Positions 30,238 to 43,400 of a stretch of 64,000 nucleotides of DNA are shown here, in pieces. Origin of the DNA: Psammoneis japonica (lineage: Eukaryota); the NCBI GenBank assembly GCA_008632985.1, contig QPGO01000022.1, forward strand, positions 248,001-312,000, written 5' to 3'. Within the stretch, counting starts at the first letter, position 1. Every line of letters begins with the position of its first letter. The notes under the pieces are model-generated. The model did no database searches. It was given only the letters and a program-made list of their open reading frames with translations, and had not been told where the DNA came from. Both the position numbers and the translations under genes were made by a program.

Positions 30238-32918
30238 ATGAGGTGTCGTAGACGAAAGATTCTTTGTGCCTTCATTTCATCAGTTGCAACCTCTTCTGCC
30301 TTTCCTATTTCTTATCGCCAATGCCGCAAGAGTAGTTGCTTGAGGCCTGTATCGGATCGCACATATTCACTACGTTCCATGGATGTGCGAACGGCATTAC
30401 GACTCAAAAGCGTCCATAGTGCGCCCGACGACATGTTGGAGGACGAATGGGTGCAACACAGACGACAGGAAAGCCGCATGTGGCTAGAACAGGCAACGCA
30501 AAGTCTGCTGGACACGAAGCAATTCCCTCCCGGCTCTCTGCATAACGGAAAGTGGCACGAACTCACCTCCTTAATTTCAGCTTGGTCCAAGGCGATGAGA
30601 GATCCGGAACTGAAACGCAAGGCACCTTTTGTGATCGAAAGCTTGTTGAAGAGAATCATTGATGAGCAACGTGCTGGGAACGAGAAAGTCCATATCTCGA
30701 CAGAGCTCTACAACATCGCAATAAGTGCATGGGCTACGTCCTCCATCCGAATAAAGCAATCCGATCAAAAGGCCGCGGCAGCTGCTAATCGAGCCCGAGA
30801 AATTCTTATTGTAATGCAAAGAACGCATCATGCTGCAAACCGCACGGATTGCCTTCCGAGTGAACGCAGCTTCGAAACCGTTCTGCATGCGCTGTCCAAA
30901 CAAAAAGGAGGTGCCAAGAGCGCCCGGGATACGCTCAGGTGGATGGAAGTGCTTTATAAGAAAGGTCAAAACCCACAGGCGAAACCTACTCTGGCAGCCT
31001 GTGTCGCGGTGTTGGATGCTGTAGCTTGCAGTGGTCATGAAGCAGCCGGCCGACAGGCGGAAGAGTTGCTCTCTCACTGGAAAGACACTTTAGAGATTGA
31101 ACCTAACACCATTTGTTACAATTTAGCGATCAAGGCATGGACTAAAAGCCTACAGGGTCGGACAGGTGCGGAACATGCGGAACGACTGTTGAAGGAGACT
31201 CCCAAGCCGGACGTGTTTACATACACCTCTGTTATTCACGCATGGGCAAGAGTGGCATGCGCCTACAAGCCGCAGAACGTGCCGAAGAAATTCTGAACCA
31301 AATGGATGTTTCACCAAATGTTGTAACTTATAATAGTGTTCTCAGCGCATGGTGCAGAAGCGGGAGTGCTGATGCCGTATTGCGGGCCGAGGCTTTGCTC
31401 GAAAAGATGGCAAGCGAGTACCAATGTGGACGACTTGAGGCGGGCCCTGGATTGATCTCGTACAACACATATCTGCATATTCTCTGCAACCATGCCAAAG
31501 TCCCGGGTGCTGCGCGTCGGGCAGATGAAATCCTTACTCGAATGGAGACAATGTTCGATTCTGGTGAAGTTGATTTTTCTCCAAATTTGTTCTCCTACAA
31601 CCTTGTTATTGAAGCGTGGTCAAAATGTCGACACAAGAAATCCGCGCCCAAGGCGTGCGATGTCCTTAGACGCATCTCAAGGAGGAATGGCGTGGAGCCT
31701 GATGCCTTTTCTTTCAACCAAGTCATTGGGGCTTTATCCAGAAGCAAACTGCCTGGAGCAGCACAGAAGGCGGAGGAGTTGCTCCTCTACATGGAAGCCG
31801 GTCACGAAGCTGGAGTATCTTCGGCAAAGCCAGATGTGATCGGGTATGCGAGTGCTATTATCGCTTGGTCCCGCAGCAGAGAACCGGGGTCTGCACAGCG
31901 TGCTGAACGTTTGCTGAATCGAATGGAAGACAAGTTCGAGGCGACTGATGACCCAGATATGAAGCCGAATGCCGTTGTTTATAATTCGGTGATTGACGCC
32001 TGGGCACGAAGCGGGGAAGGTATACTTGGTGCGCGAAAGGCCGAGTCGCTCCTCGAGCGAATGATGATGCGCTTTGAAGAGGGCGATGACAAGATGCAGC
32101 CAAGCATTGTAACGTACAACTCCGTTCTAAATGCATGGGCCCGAAGCGGAACACGGTGCTGTGCAAGAAAAGCAGAACGGATGCTAGACCTAATGTGGCG
32201 TCTCTACAATGAAGGAGACAGCAACGTAAAGCCAACCTCTTTGACATACAACACGGTGCGTGAAAAGATGAGAGTGGTTCCGCGGTCGTCTTCACCTTTT
32301 CCCTAATCATTCTTTTCTTCTTTCTCTCGACGTCATATCCAGGTAATCAATGCGATATCAAAAAGTAGCAACGAAGGAAAAGCGCAGAAGGCCCTTCGCA
32401 TTCTCCGTCGCATGGACAAACTTTATCAAGCTGGCGACAAGGACACCCGTCCAGATGAATTCACGTATACCTCTGTGCTCAACAGTTGTGCACACTGCCC
32501 GGTCCCAGATCCCAAATCAAGGCTAAAGGCACTTGATACGGCCATCTTCACTCTTGAAGAGCTGCAAGAATCCCAGTACGGCGATCCGAATCATATAACT
32601 TACGGCACCTTCCTCAAAGCTTGTGCAACTCTCATACCAACAGAAGAGAAACAGATGCGACGAATGGTCATTGAGCGTGTCTTCTCGCAATGTTGCCAGG
32701 ATGGTCAGGTTGGGCAAATGGTGTTGTCTCGTCTGAGAGATGCTGCTCCAGCAGATCTCTACCAAGAGCTTTTGGGCGTGAGCACCGGTGACGCGATCAA
32801 TTTACACGATCTCCCGTTGGAATGGAGATGCAATGTGAAGGAAAGGAAACGGTGGAGCGACGGTTGGGGTAGAGGGTCGAACGTGCAACAAAAAGGATTA
32901 TCTAAGGTTAGGCCCTGA
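30238..32918 (+). CDS. Plastid-targeted pentatricopeptide repeat (PPR) protein; apparent 1-nt frameshift at ~31248 and an intron ~32256-32342
   Basis: Presequence ...ISSVATSSA|FP and many PPR repeats (PNTICYNLAIKAW, PDVFTYTSVIHAW, PNVVTYNSVLSAW, PNAVVYNSVIDAWARSG). Diatom-type C-terminus LPLEWRCNV. Confidence 0.85.
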
Positions 32919-32940
32919 AATACCGTGCCATACTCGACGT

Positions 32941-34602
32941 TCATCGTGCTCCTGCCTCATTGTCAGTGAACTCTTCTTCTGAAGAATCATCACTTCGTAT
33001 CTCCGAGTTTCCGTTCGCAATCATAGCCAGGAAGTATGCCTCTTGCCCTCCCATACCACCGCCTGCCATTAGCTGGTGTAGCATTCCGACTGCCGCGTTC
33101 TGTCTCTGGCCTCTTCGAGTAGCCATAAGATTCAAAAGCATCTCTGAAGCAGTTGTGTCTTGGTTGTACCTGACGTCTTCATCGCGAATAGCTTCGTGCG
33201 TCTCCAACATCTCTTGATCACTTTCGCCCGCGATTTCCAGAGTTGGAAATGTCCTTCTCATTCCTGGAGCTAAGTCGAGGACAACCATGTCACCAATGGC
33301 GCCTTGTCCGTTTGCAGCATATCCCCCGTGAGCTACGAGCCAACTCTCATGAAGGACAGCCGCACAGGTAAACCTCGGCTCAGGCAACGGACCGTGTACA
33401 CGCGGTCGGTGGAATGCGTCTGTTCGAAGGTTGTATGCAAGAATTCCATTGGTGGATGGACGGCCCGAGCCAAATGCAAATACCACCGTGTCGGTACTAG
33501 TTTGAAAACCTAAATGGCACCGTCCAAGGCACAATCTTTCGGCTCTGGAAAGCTCGGGCCTTGCCTCGCTATTGTCATCCAATTCATCTTCTACAGCCCT
33601 TGAGTCTCTGTGAATTCTACGCCACCTCCATGGCAGCGATGACACTAAATCGTTGGTCCAACTTTCGCCTAGTTTGAATTCCCACACCTCACTGTTGTCT
33701 GTCCCGCTTCTTAACAAGTCAGATCCGTCGCCTCCTCCGAAGAGAACCAACCGGTTACGCCTACTGTCAAGTACAACCGAGTGTCCATGCCTTGGACTCG
33801 GTTTTTGTTCAGCCAACGGATCCGTGATGCTGTTTGATGGCATCCACGTCCATGTCTTCACATCAAGAAGGGCCTCGTCGAGAATCGAATTGTTGGCCTT
33901 CATCCCGCCCAAGACAAGAAGATACCGATCATTAATCAACGTCGTAGAGTGGTAGGCTCGAGCTGAAGGTTGCGGCCCTTCTGTATTTATCTTTTCCCAT
34001 TTTGCCTGAAAATTCCCGTTGCTACCGTTCTCGAACGTGAGTAAGAAGCAGTCGGCGGTTTCGGCAGAATAGCCACCTGCTCGGAAGCCACCAAACCTCA
34101 GCGCATGTGTGTCGTCAATGCTTGTCAGGGTAGATCCATAGGTAAATGAAGGCGGCCTTCCTACTGGCTGCAATGTAGACCAGCGACGGCTACGGGCTCC
34201 AGTGTGCTCCGCATTCCATTCGAGATAGTGAACACTATCGTCATCCGAATAACCTCCGGTGAGAACGATCTTACGATTCGCCGGCGGTCCCAGAAGGCAC
34301 ATGAGATGCCCTTCACGAGCAGAAGGTTGGCGAGTCCCTAATATGTTTTTGACACGACACCACTTGACGGATGGGAGTAGTGTAGTGTGGGCGCATAAAA
34401 GGTACGCCCTTCTTAGTTCTTTCGGGTCGTTGCTGGTCAAGGCAACACCGTCGATGTCCCGAGACAGAAGAAGGCTCCAAAACGACGACGACTTTCCGAC
34501 ACCATTGTGAATTCTGGGGTTGACAGACAGGAGACTCAAGATGTCGGGAGCAGAAAGAAACAGTGCAACATTCCCATGAAGTTCTTCTGGCAGCAAGTCC
34601 AT
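32941..34602 (-). CDS. F-box-like/Kelch repeat protein, 553 aa
   Basis: N-terminal LLPEELHGNVALFLSAPDILSL (F-box-like). Kelch repeats PSAREGH, PSARAYHS...LLVLGG, PSPRHGHS...LVLFGG, PEPRFTCA...VAHGG. Confidence 0.8.
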   Translation of the reverse strand: MDLLPEELHGNVALFLSAPDILSLLSVNPRIHNGVGKSSSFWSLLLSRDIDGVALTSNDPKELRRAYLLCAHTTLLPSVKWCRVKNILGTRQPSAREGHLMCLLGPPANRKIVLTGGYSDDDSVHYLEWNAEHTGARSRRWSTLQPVGRPPSFTYGSTLTSIDDTHALRFGGFRAGGYSAETADCFLLTFENGSNGNFQAKWEKINTEGPQPSARAYHSTTLINDRYLLVLGGMKANNSILDEALLDVKTWTWMPSNSITDPLAEQKPSPRHGHSVVLDSRRNRLVLFGGGDGSDLLRSGTDNSEVWEFKLGESWTNDLVSSLPWRWRRIHRDSRAVEDELDDNSEARPELSRAERLCLGRCHLGFQTSTDTVVFAFGSGRPSTNGILAYNLRTDAFHRPRVHGPLPEPRFTCAAVLHESWLVAHGGYAANGQGAIGDMVVLDLAPGMRRTFPTLEIAGESDQEMLETHEAIRDEDVRYNQDTTASEMLLNLMATRRGQRQNAAVGMLHQLMAGGGMGGQEAYFLAMIANGNSEIRSDDSSEEEFTDNEAGAR

Positions 34603-34999
34603 CGTCGTGGTGCGAGTTTGATTGCGATTCCAGAGAAGCTGAAAAGAAGAAAAGATACGGCCCCGCCGTCCGCCGTATCATACACTGAATACCGTCCTGT
34701 ACGGTACAGGTAATTTTCTTTGTTGGAAGAATCTACCGGTAGGGCCCCAACGTACGGTACTGTACGGTACGTATAATACAGCGTGAAAGTTCGCGTGAAT
34801 GATTAGCGAAAAAAGCGGGGGCAAAATCGAAAAAATGAAAAAAGAGCCCGATTTATGCATGGAACTGGCGCACGTAAAGAATCTCCCGTCGACGGTCGGA
34901 CGCTCACTTACGTCAGATTTATTAGAATAGATGCGATGATGATCATACAGTGAAAAACTGCACCACGTGACCTGCTGAAGTGCGGGAGAGAGAAAGACT

Positions 35000-35208
35000 A
35001 AAGCAGTTGAATGTTCATTGTTTTCGATTGGCGGCACCGCTGCCATGGTCGAAGATGACTTGTTTTTGCAACCCACCCTCTGCCGGTGTGTGCCACACAG
35101 AGTGAAAGATGAGATGGAAGAACACAAGACATTGTGGCAAGCAAACCCAGCCCCAACAGTTGCGCGAAATCATTTGGAGTGCTTGAAGAATGCACCCTTT
35201 GTGTGTGC

Positions 35209-35242
<34 letters not shown>

Positions 35243-37200
35243 ATGGAGATCATTTGTGCAATCGACCAACTCAAGCAAGCAATGACACCCCCCCCCGATC
35301 GTTTTGACACAACAGCTCACCACACGTCAACAACAGCAGCCGGCCGCTGATGAGGCCACCATGAAAGTCTTGCTCCTGACTTCGACCAACGCCATTGTGC
35401 CTGCTGCTTGTCTGAACAGTTGGACAACCACCCAAATGGCAGCTCTGCCTCAGCTGCCACATCTTGTTGGTCACATTTGACAGAGAATCTGCTGCGCCGA
35501 TTCTGTTCGTTCGTTCAAGAGAGAGAGAGAACGGAGATCATTCGTGCAATTGACCAACTTAAAGCAAGCAATGACACACACATGATGATCATCAGTGCAA
35601 AGAATGATAAAATCTTTGGTGCGCGCAGACACAAGACCAAGTTTTGCAGGTTTCTTGAAGAGTTGTCTGTCAATGTGAAAAGCACCCGATGAGCTGATGA
35701 GAGCAGCATGCCTGAAAGAGGTTGCAATGGTGGAGTCAGATCAGAGCCCTTTGGACAGACTGCCTTTCACTTGTGAGAGATCACCTCACCTCCAGGCAAT
35801 CAGAGCATCTGCCAGACAACCGCCACTGGCACAGCCACAGTTTAGAACATCAGAGGGTGAGCTGCTGGGCTCTCACCAAGAACCACTGAACATCACTTGC
35901 ACTTGGACCTCTGTGATGTTTTGATGTCATGACAATTGTTGAAAAGTTTTGCTCAAATCTTTGCATGGCAAATTTGCACATGTCAGAGTTGAGCCACTTG
36001 CAAACAGCGAAGTTGGCACATGCAGGTGCATCGGTGCTTTGGACAGATGGACAAAGAGTGATGAATCTGTCTGACTCTGGCTGCAGGGCATGCACTCCGA
36101 CACCTGTGTGCACTCTGACTCAACCCATCTCCTGCCTTGCTGCACTGGCCCTGGCAGCTGGCTGCAGTGCAGCAGCCTGCTCTCTCTGGCCACTGGCAGA
36201 GGCCTCCATGTGCTGGCTTCTTTTGCACTCATTGCGCCTTTCACAATTTTGCTCTTGCCACTTGTTCCCCTTTGGATGCTTTCTTGATTGCTCTGATTGC
36301 TGCAAAAGAGCAAGTGTGAGAGGTTTGGAACAAGATTCACAGTGTTGCTTTTGAGAAATTCTTCTTGGTCAAGGTGCAAGGAAACAAGCGGATGTCAGCT
36401 GCACACAAGTGTGCCAAATTTGTGACAAAAGCACGCCATTTGTTCAACGAATCTTGTTTTGTGCATTGCTTGGAACCTGTGTCGCTGGCGCACATGCCCA
36501 CAGCAGCATGAAAAGTTTGGTGCACTTGATGCTCTGTCCATGGCTCTTGCACATTTGCTCATCTTCCCTCATCTCCCACCAAATCAATTTGCTTGTTCCC
36601 CATTTGTTTTGCAGTGCACACACACTTCTTGATGTGCATCTTAAGCCCTTCATGCAGACCCAAATGTGGAGCACAATCTTTTGCCCGAGGGATGAGCAGA
36701 ATGGCTGGTGTGGTTGTCTGAGCCTTTTGGTTGGTGCCAAGTGCGCAGGTGTGAACCCTCACTTTCTGCCCTGTGCTGTGTCACTGGCCAGCATTCGCAC
36801 TCAATCTTCTCTCACCTCCTTGTCACAGGTCTGATCATCCTCCACCAGACAGACTCGAGACTGAGTGAAACCTCAACGCAACAAACACACAGCCTGTTTC
36901 GTGACTCTGTGTTTTGAAATTTTGCATCGGCGGACAATTTGCAATGGTCTGACATGGGAACAAGTGAGTGGCTGTTCCAGCACTTACAATGTCACTTTCA
37001 TGTCTGACACATTTGTGAGCGTGAGCACTGCAGTCAGAATTCTCACTTGTGCGGCGTCCTTCATCTTTGCTCTGTGTCCAAAACTGTTTGAACAATGCCT
37101 CTGCTGCCTGCCAGTCATTGTGTATGCCTTTTCCATCTTTTATGGTGGCCAATGCTTAGGACGACTTAGCCTTGTGGGTCAAGCCAAAAAGAAATCTGCT
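35000..37200. mobile_element. Third TpA/CpG-eroded block, unidentified TE-like relic
   Basis: TpA nearly absent, Cys/His-rich junk ORFs, and a duplicated ~55-bp segment (35233-35288 / 35521-35578). Confidence 0.55.
35200..35242. repeat. Compound (GT)n(GA)n microsatellite
   Basis: gtgtgtgcgtgtgtgtgtgtgtgagagagagagagagagaga. Confidence 0.9.
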
Positions 37201-37415
37201 GTGACGCATCCACGTTTTGTGGCGATCTGCACCTGTGTTCTCTCTGTAGCGAGAGGCTTCGACGAGGCGAAAACACGTGCTGTGTAGAGATCTCGTCGCA
37301 GCTCTTGCGGATGACAACGGAGACGGCAGAAGCTCGCAACATTGAACAAACTAAAATATGCAACAACTTTCTTATGAATCTGAAGAGGTCGGAACTACTA
37401 TCTACGCATGCAAAA

Positions 37416-40400
37416 TTATTGATTGACGCCCGGAACCGGCGGAGGCTTGTTCGGATCACTGAAATCTCTCAGAAAGAACCTGCGACTCTTCAGATCAAAC
37501 GGCCTGCGGCGCGGCGGATCACTTCCACTTACGAAACCAATCAGGTTCAAGGTATTGAAAACCCAAATGCTTCCTTCCCGACCGCCGGATCCGCTGTCGT
37601 CCCACATCTTCTTTACGTGCTCACTTTCCTTGCACCATTCCTTGCAGACACAGCGCATGCTCTTAAGACTAGGAGGCTTATCGCTCTTTGTACCAACAAA
37701 ACCGAGCGCAACGAAATCTTCGCTAGGAGGAACAGGCTCCCACGCGTAGAAAGGGTTGCTACCGTGCGTTAAACTCCATGCCAATCGGAAACGTGCTGGA
37801 TGGGGGAGGTATCTATCCAACACGTGAGGAAGCCAGCTACTTCCGCCCACCCAGCTACCAGTTGTGTCGGTGATTTCCAAGCCAAGCCGATCTTTGGGGT
37901 CGCGATTCGGGTGGTCATACCCGCATCCTGCAAAGTGACCAAGCGCCACAGCAGCCTTATTGGCACGAAAGGCACTGCCTTGCTCATTCGGCTCCCATAT
38001 ACTTGTTTTATCTCGGCTCATGCTTCCGTGACTAGTCCACACCTTGGTGAATTTCGTAATCTTCTTCACCTTGATTTTTATCGCCGCAAGTACTGGCGGA
38101 GGGATATTGACAACCTGTTTCTCGCCATTTTCAGACGGCATTGGCGGAAGAGGCACTCCGCCGTTGAAAGCGGCGAGCTCGTCGTTTTCACTTTCATCCC
38201 AACCGACTGCATTTTTGAATTCTTCGAGGTTAATGTAGCCGTCCTTGTCTTTGTCGACTTCTTTCATAAAACCGTTAAGAAGTGAAGAGTCTAGCTTCAG
38301 GCCTAGCCATTCTATGCCTCTTCGGAGATCTTCTTGTGATAATAATCCATCCCGGTCTCTGTCGAACGCAGCAAACGCATCTCGAGGATACATGCCACGA
38401 GACTTGAGCAACGCAGTGATCCTGCCAGAGGCAATCTTATATGACAACAAATGGTGCTCGTCATCCGTGATGAATACCTTGGAAAGCGAGGAAGCAGATG
38501 GGTCTTTCTGTCGTCGGCGACGGTTGCTTCTCACTTCGACAAAGAAATTTCGACGCTTCTCACAATCGTTCATCTGCAGAGCACGAAGGAGCAAATTGAG
38601 TTCTCGAGGCTGATAGTTCACCGCGCTATCAATGAAGCGATAGCAACTGTTGGCTGTCGAATCCTGGAAGCTCTGGGCCGGTTCGTATCCGTATGTGCAG
38701 TCAAGCTGCGTGCGCTCCGTTCGCAGCGCTACTACAGTGTCTTTCCCGGGCACGAGAGGGACTCCAGACTGCTGGTGAAGAGCAGCACGCATACATTCAG
38801 CTTCAAACAAAGAAAGAGCGACGTAATGCCTTCCTGCTTGGACCCGGTAATACATCCGTTCAGTCAACATTTTCTTCAATTCATCAAATGTGACAATACC
38901 TGTTCCGCTCTGCAGCTGCATTTTCTCAAAGAATTTGTCGCCGTCTTCTCCATCGACGTCTACGTCAACAGCCTTAAGCACCTCCTTAACTTCGGCGACG
39001 GAAATGCCGCCGGAATTTCCTCCATCTGCAGCGGAAAAGGCCCTCTTCAAGCTCTTCTCTTGCGATTTAGAGAAGGCTTTGCCAACCGAGGCAACTTCTC
39101 TCAACGCCGCCTTGGAAGGCACAAAGTCCATGGTAACAATTACGTTCTTTAGTCTCCTGTGTGTCTGGAACCCCCATTTCTTCTCGTAGTAGTTCTGAGA
39201 GATATGCATGTAACTGGGGAAGTCAAGTGCAATGGGCTTTCCGAAAAGGTAGTTTTTGACGCTAAACTCCTTCGCGGGATAGAAATAGTCCTCCCATGAT
39301 TTGATCTTTTCTTGCTTGGCTGTTCCTGATTTGAATTGGACATTTCCTCCACCCTTCATTGGCACAGTCAAAGATTCAAGACGCCAAGGTATTGGATTCT
39401 CCCCGTCACGAGAGTACTTCTTCTTCTTAGCCGCCTCACGAACGACTTCCTCCTCCTCTTCCTCTTCTTTCGAGTGAGAAAAGAAAAAGCGAAAGTTAAG
39501 AAAAGAAACACAGTGGCGCTGGGACGGGACAATCATATTTTACAAACCTTCTTCTTCTTCCTCCTCCTCCTCCTCTTCTTCTTGCTCTTGAAGGACTTCT
39601 TCTTCCGCGACCTGCTCTTTCTGTAAATCGCCTTCCTGGTCTTCCTCAGCCTGCTCAGCCACCGACGGTTTGCCAAAACGTTTGTGCGCCAGACTCTCGG
39701 AGTTGACTAGGACCATCAAGATCTTATCTACAACTGCCTTGTCATAGTCGGTGGTTATAAAGTCCGCCCTCTTCAGAACACTGTTTCTCAGGGTCTCACT
39801 TAGAGGCACAGGGTCAGGAATAGAGTTTTGTACTGTATAGTCGATTCGCTCCGTCATGACGTCCAGACACTTAATCATTTTCTCAAGACCAACTCGTTCC
39901 ATCTTTGTCGACGACGCACCACCGATGCCGGCGACAACAACGCTACGAAGCTCTACAATGTCATCTTCAAAAACATTGTTGCTGCCGAAAAGGGCTGCAT
40001 CCAACTCGTTCACGCCACTCGATGAACTCTTCAGAGAGGACGCAAACTCCTTTGCGCGATCGGCGAAAGCAAGCTGGGTAAGCTCACGGTATGCGCTCGA
40101 CAAGATCCCATAGGCCCGCTTCCTTGTGACATTGTCGACACTCTGGTGGCAGAGCATCCTAAATTGAACGTTCTCAGATTTCATGCCATTTATTGTCAAC
40201 CAGGCTGAAACATTGACAAGAAGCTGGGTTCCGTCATTCGCAGCAGGTTGGACACCGGGAGAAAGTGGTGTACTTGGTAGCGCCAAAAGGTCTGAGCCGT
40301 AGGTATTCGTCGCAGGTGCGGCAGCAGGTGCGTGACCGGAAGACGACATCTTGTGTCGAGAAACTCGCTGGTACTGGTCGTTAATCAGCCTCATCACTTC

Positions 40401-43400
40401 AGGAATGATAAATAACTCGATGGTCTGTCCAATGCCAATCCCACGCATTCGAAAAGCCCCCTGAGCATAGTCTCTAAACGTCATGTCCTTTCCGAGGGTC
40501 AACGCAGCCCTAGCATCGATGCACTGGTGGATGTCCATTCCGGTGGTATGTATTTGATCATAAAATGAGAAACGTCGATCTGGCGGTACTCCAGACTGAT
40601 TCAATCTCACCACATTCATGCCGTGTCGCATTAGAAACATTTTACGATCCTTGTGATCCAAAAACACGACGCCATCAAAAGTTTTCGACAACCCGTTCGT
40701 CAACATGTATTTTGCCACCTCATAGTTACTCATGCCAGTAATCAGTGCCCCAGAATCGAGCAACACGTGAAATGGAGGGTCGCTCTTTATGATGTCATCG
40801 AGAATGCTCTTTGCTGACCACCCAGATTCCAGCAACCGGCTAGACATGATTGAATCCGACGTCAAGTAGTGATAAATCTGTCCATCGACACATTCATCGT
40901 ATTGGCATTGACCAAGTTCCTCTGGTAGGAGGTCACTAGGAGTTCCGCTGAATCCTACCCTTCGCCCAAAAAGCATTTGCCCCCCAAGATCTTGACCCGA
41001 AGCACTTATCTTCTCGTGATGATGCTCCATCGTCAACGGGAACACGAAAGTATTCAAATAGTACGCGATCACTTGCGGTATCCTTTTAAGAAGCCTGTAA
41101 GTGACGGTCATATGATGTTCGTCTCGTAGATCCAGTAGATGAAGCGGCCAAATGTCATCAGAACCGCGACCCCCGATGCGGCCGACCATAGGAGCCTTCA
41201 AGAACGAGTCCGGGTCATCGTTCTCCTCTTCTTCGCCTTCTCGGGGCCCACGAACTTTGCCACCTGCCTCTTCTACCCAAGCTTTGTACATTAATGAGGC
41301 CGGCCGCTTGTGATAAGGTCCAAACTCTGATTCAAGCTGCTCTCGCAGTTCCAACAGCACGTTCTCAAAATCGCTGAATCTCAAGCCTTCGTATCGATAG
41401 GCTAGAACGGTCAATCCGATAACAACATCAGGATGTGAAAATTGGCTTGCGCGGCTTGGAATATCTTTTCCGACAAACGGAATAGCAGCGAGTCGTCTAG
41501 TGAGAGATATGTTCGGGTCTGTTTCCAGCGACTGTTTGAGGTCGTACTTTGAGAGCAGGCCGAAGCTGACTCGGTCTATCTTGCTCAAGACGAAGGGCAG
41601 AAAGTTTCGCAACAGATCGTGGCTCAGATTGAGCATCTTCATGTACTCGTCATTCAGCGCAACTTGGCATGCTGAAGCTGCCTTCGGATCCTTCCCCGGT
41701 CCATTCACCATATAGGAGAGAAGATGTTTGTCATCTACGGCTGGCAATCTTTTGTTGCGGAGATACAAAAGCTGCCATCGCGCCATTAGATGCTTCAATT
41801 CCTTGTGATAAAATCCTTTGTTCAGCAAAACAAGATGAGGGGTCTGTTGCATGTGCTTGTTTGCGACGCCGTTTTCAATGACGCCTGCAATCATATCGAG
41901 AATGTGAAGTGCTTCTCTGCTGTCCTTGAATTCCACGGACATCTTCTTACTACTGGCGTAGAAGATAGGATCGATAAGATGCCACTGGATTTCCCATCGT
42001 ATGCCACCGCCAAGTTTTGTCCTTGAAAAGTCAATTGCGTCCTTTTGACCAATTGGCCAGTTGAGTTCACTTTTTAGAGGGTGGAGCAAGAGGTCAACCT
42101 CATCTAAGAGAAGTACTCCGTTTCGGAATAATTTCAAGATTTCCGTGCAGTAGTACACGTGCTCGGGGCTGACTCTTAATTCCTGTACGACAGACGATTC
42201 ACGCCAACGCCTCGCGATCGCTGAAAAAAATCCACCAGACTCTTCTTTGCTCTTGGCCTTCCTTCTGCCCCCTGTTTTCGACTCCTCCAGATGACGCATC
42301 ATTTCGACGAATTTGAGTTGAAAAGACTTGATGCTGGTGGGCGTAGCGCATATAATTGCCTTGCTGTCTCTCGCCTTGCATAGCTTCAGGTACAGATCTT
42401 TCGTTATTGTCGATCCGCGGTCGAAGTAAAACGTAAACACAGGCTTCCTTACTACTGCGGCAAACTTCTCCCTCATCACACCTCTCGAAAACTCCAAGAG
42501 AGCATGAGGAACAACTTGAGTCACAAGTGACTTGCCGTCCGCCAGCATCAATGCGAGCAAGGGTGTGACAACAGTTGTCTTGCCGTATCCCATAATCATT
42601 TGGTGGCACATGGACTGATTGTTCTTCAGGGCGTTCATAAACTTATTGACTAAGGCCACTTGGCCCTTTCGGAGCATCAGGGAGTACGTGAACTCGAAAA
42701 CAAGAAACCTTGGATCGAACTCAATCAGAGATGGGTTCGATTGGTTAACTTTCATGAAGTACCGTTCGCAAGTTACATCTTTCGCCACTTTTGAACCCTG
42801 TAGCTCGATTTCCTGGCAAATTCTTTTTTGCAGTTTGGCGTCATTATTGCTTTGGACTTGACCAAGTAGCTTGGCGAGCTTCGAGAGACTGCAAGGCAAG
42901 GAGTATTGGAACTGGTAAGCAATACTTGGTTGAAAAAGAAGTGAAACTACAGGTCACAAAACATACCTGGTCAGAGCTCTGTGTGTTTGACTGATTCGGA
43001 TCGAGGTCAACATACCAACAACGGTGAGACTAGTCACGGTCTTGTATGCAGTCACAGACATGTAAGGATTTAGAGACCGAATATCGTGCTCGGCACTCGA
43101 GGAAAGTATTGATGCCACCAGGAGCTCAAACCAAGCTGACGGCTCCCGTTCACTACACTGTCCAAGGCGGAAGCGTAAAAAGTTGCACTCTCCACTTTCA
43201 CCGCCAGCATTCGGCGTGTCACTTCTTTCGTCGCTAGTTGCAATAGCGAGAGCTCGATTCATGAGGTTACGAAGCGATTTCCGGTCGAAATCCATGGCGG
43301 AGTTGAGCGACTTGACCAAAAGCTTGAGTTGAGACATTGCTTTGTCGAGAGCGGCTGCAGAACGATGAAACGACGCAATTTCTGTGGGAGCGAAGCCGAT

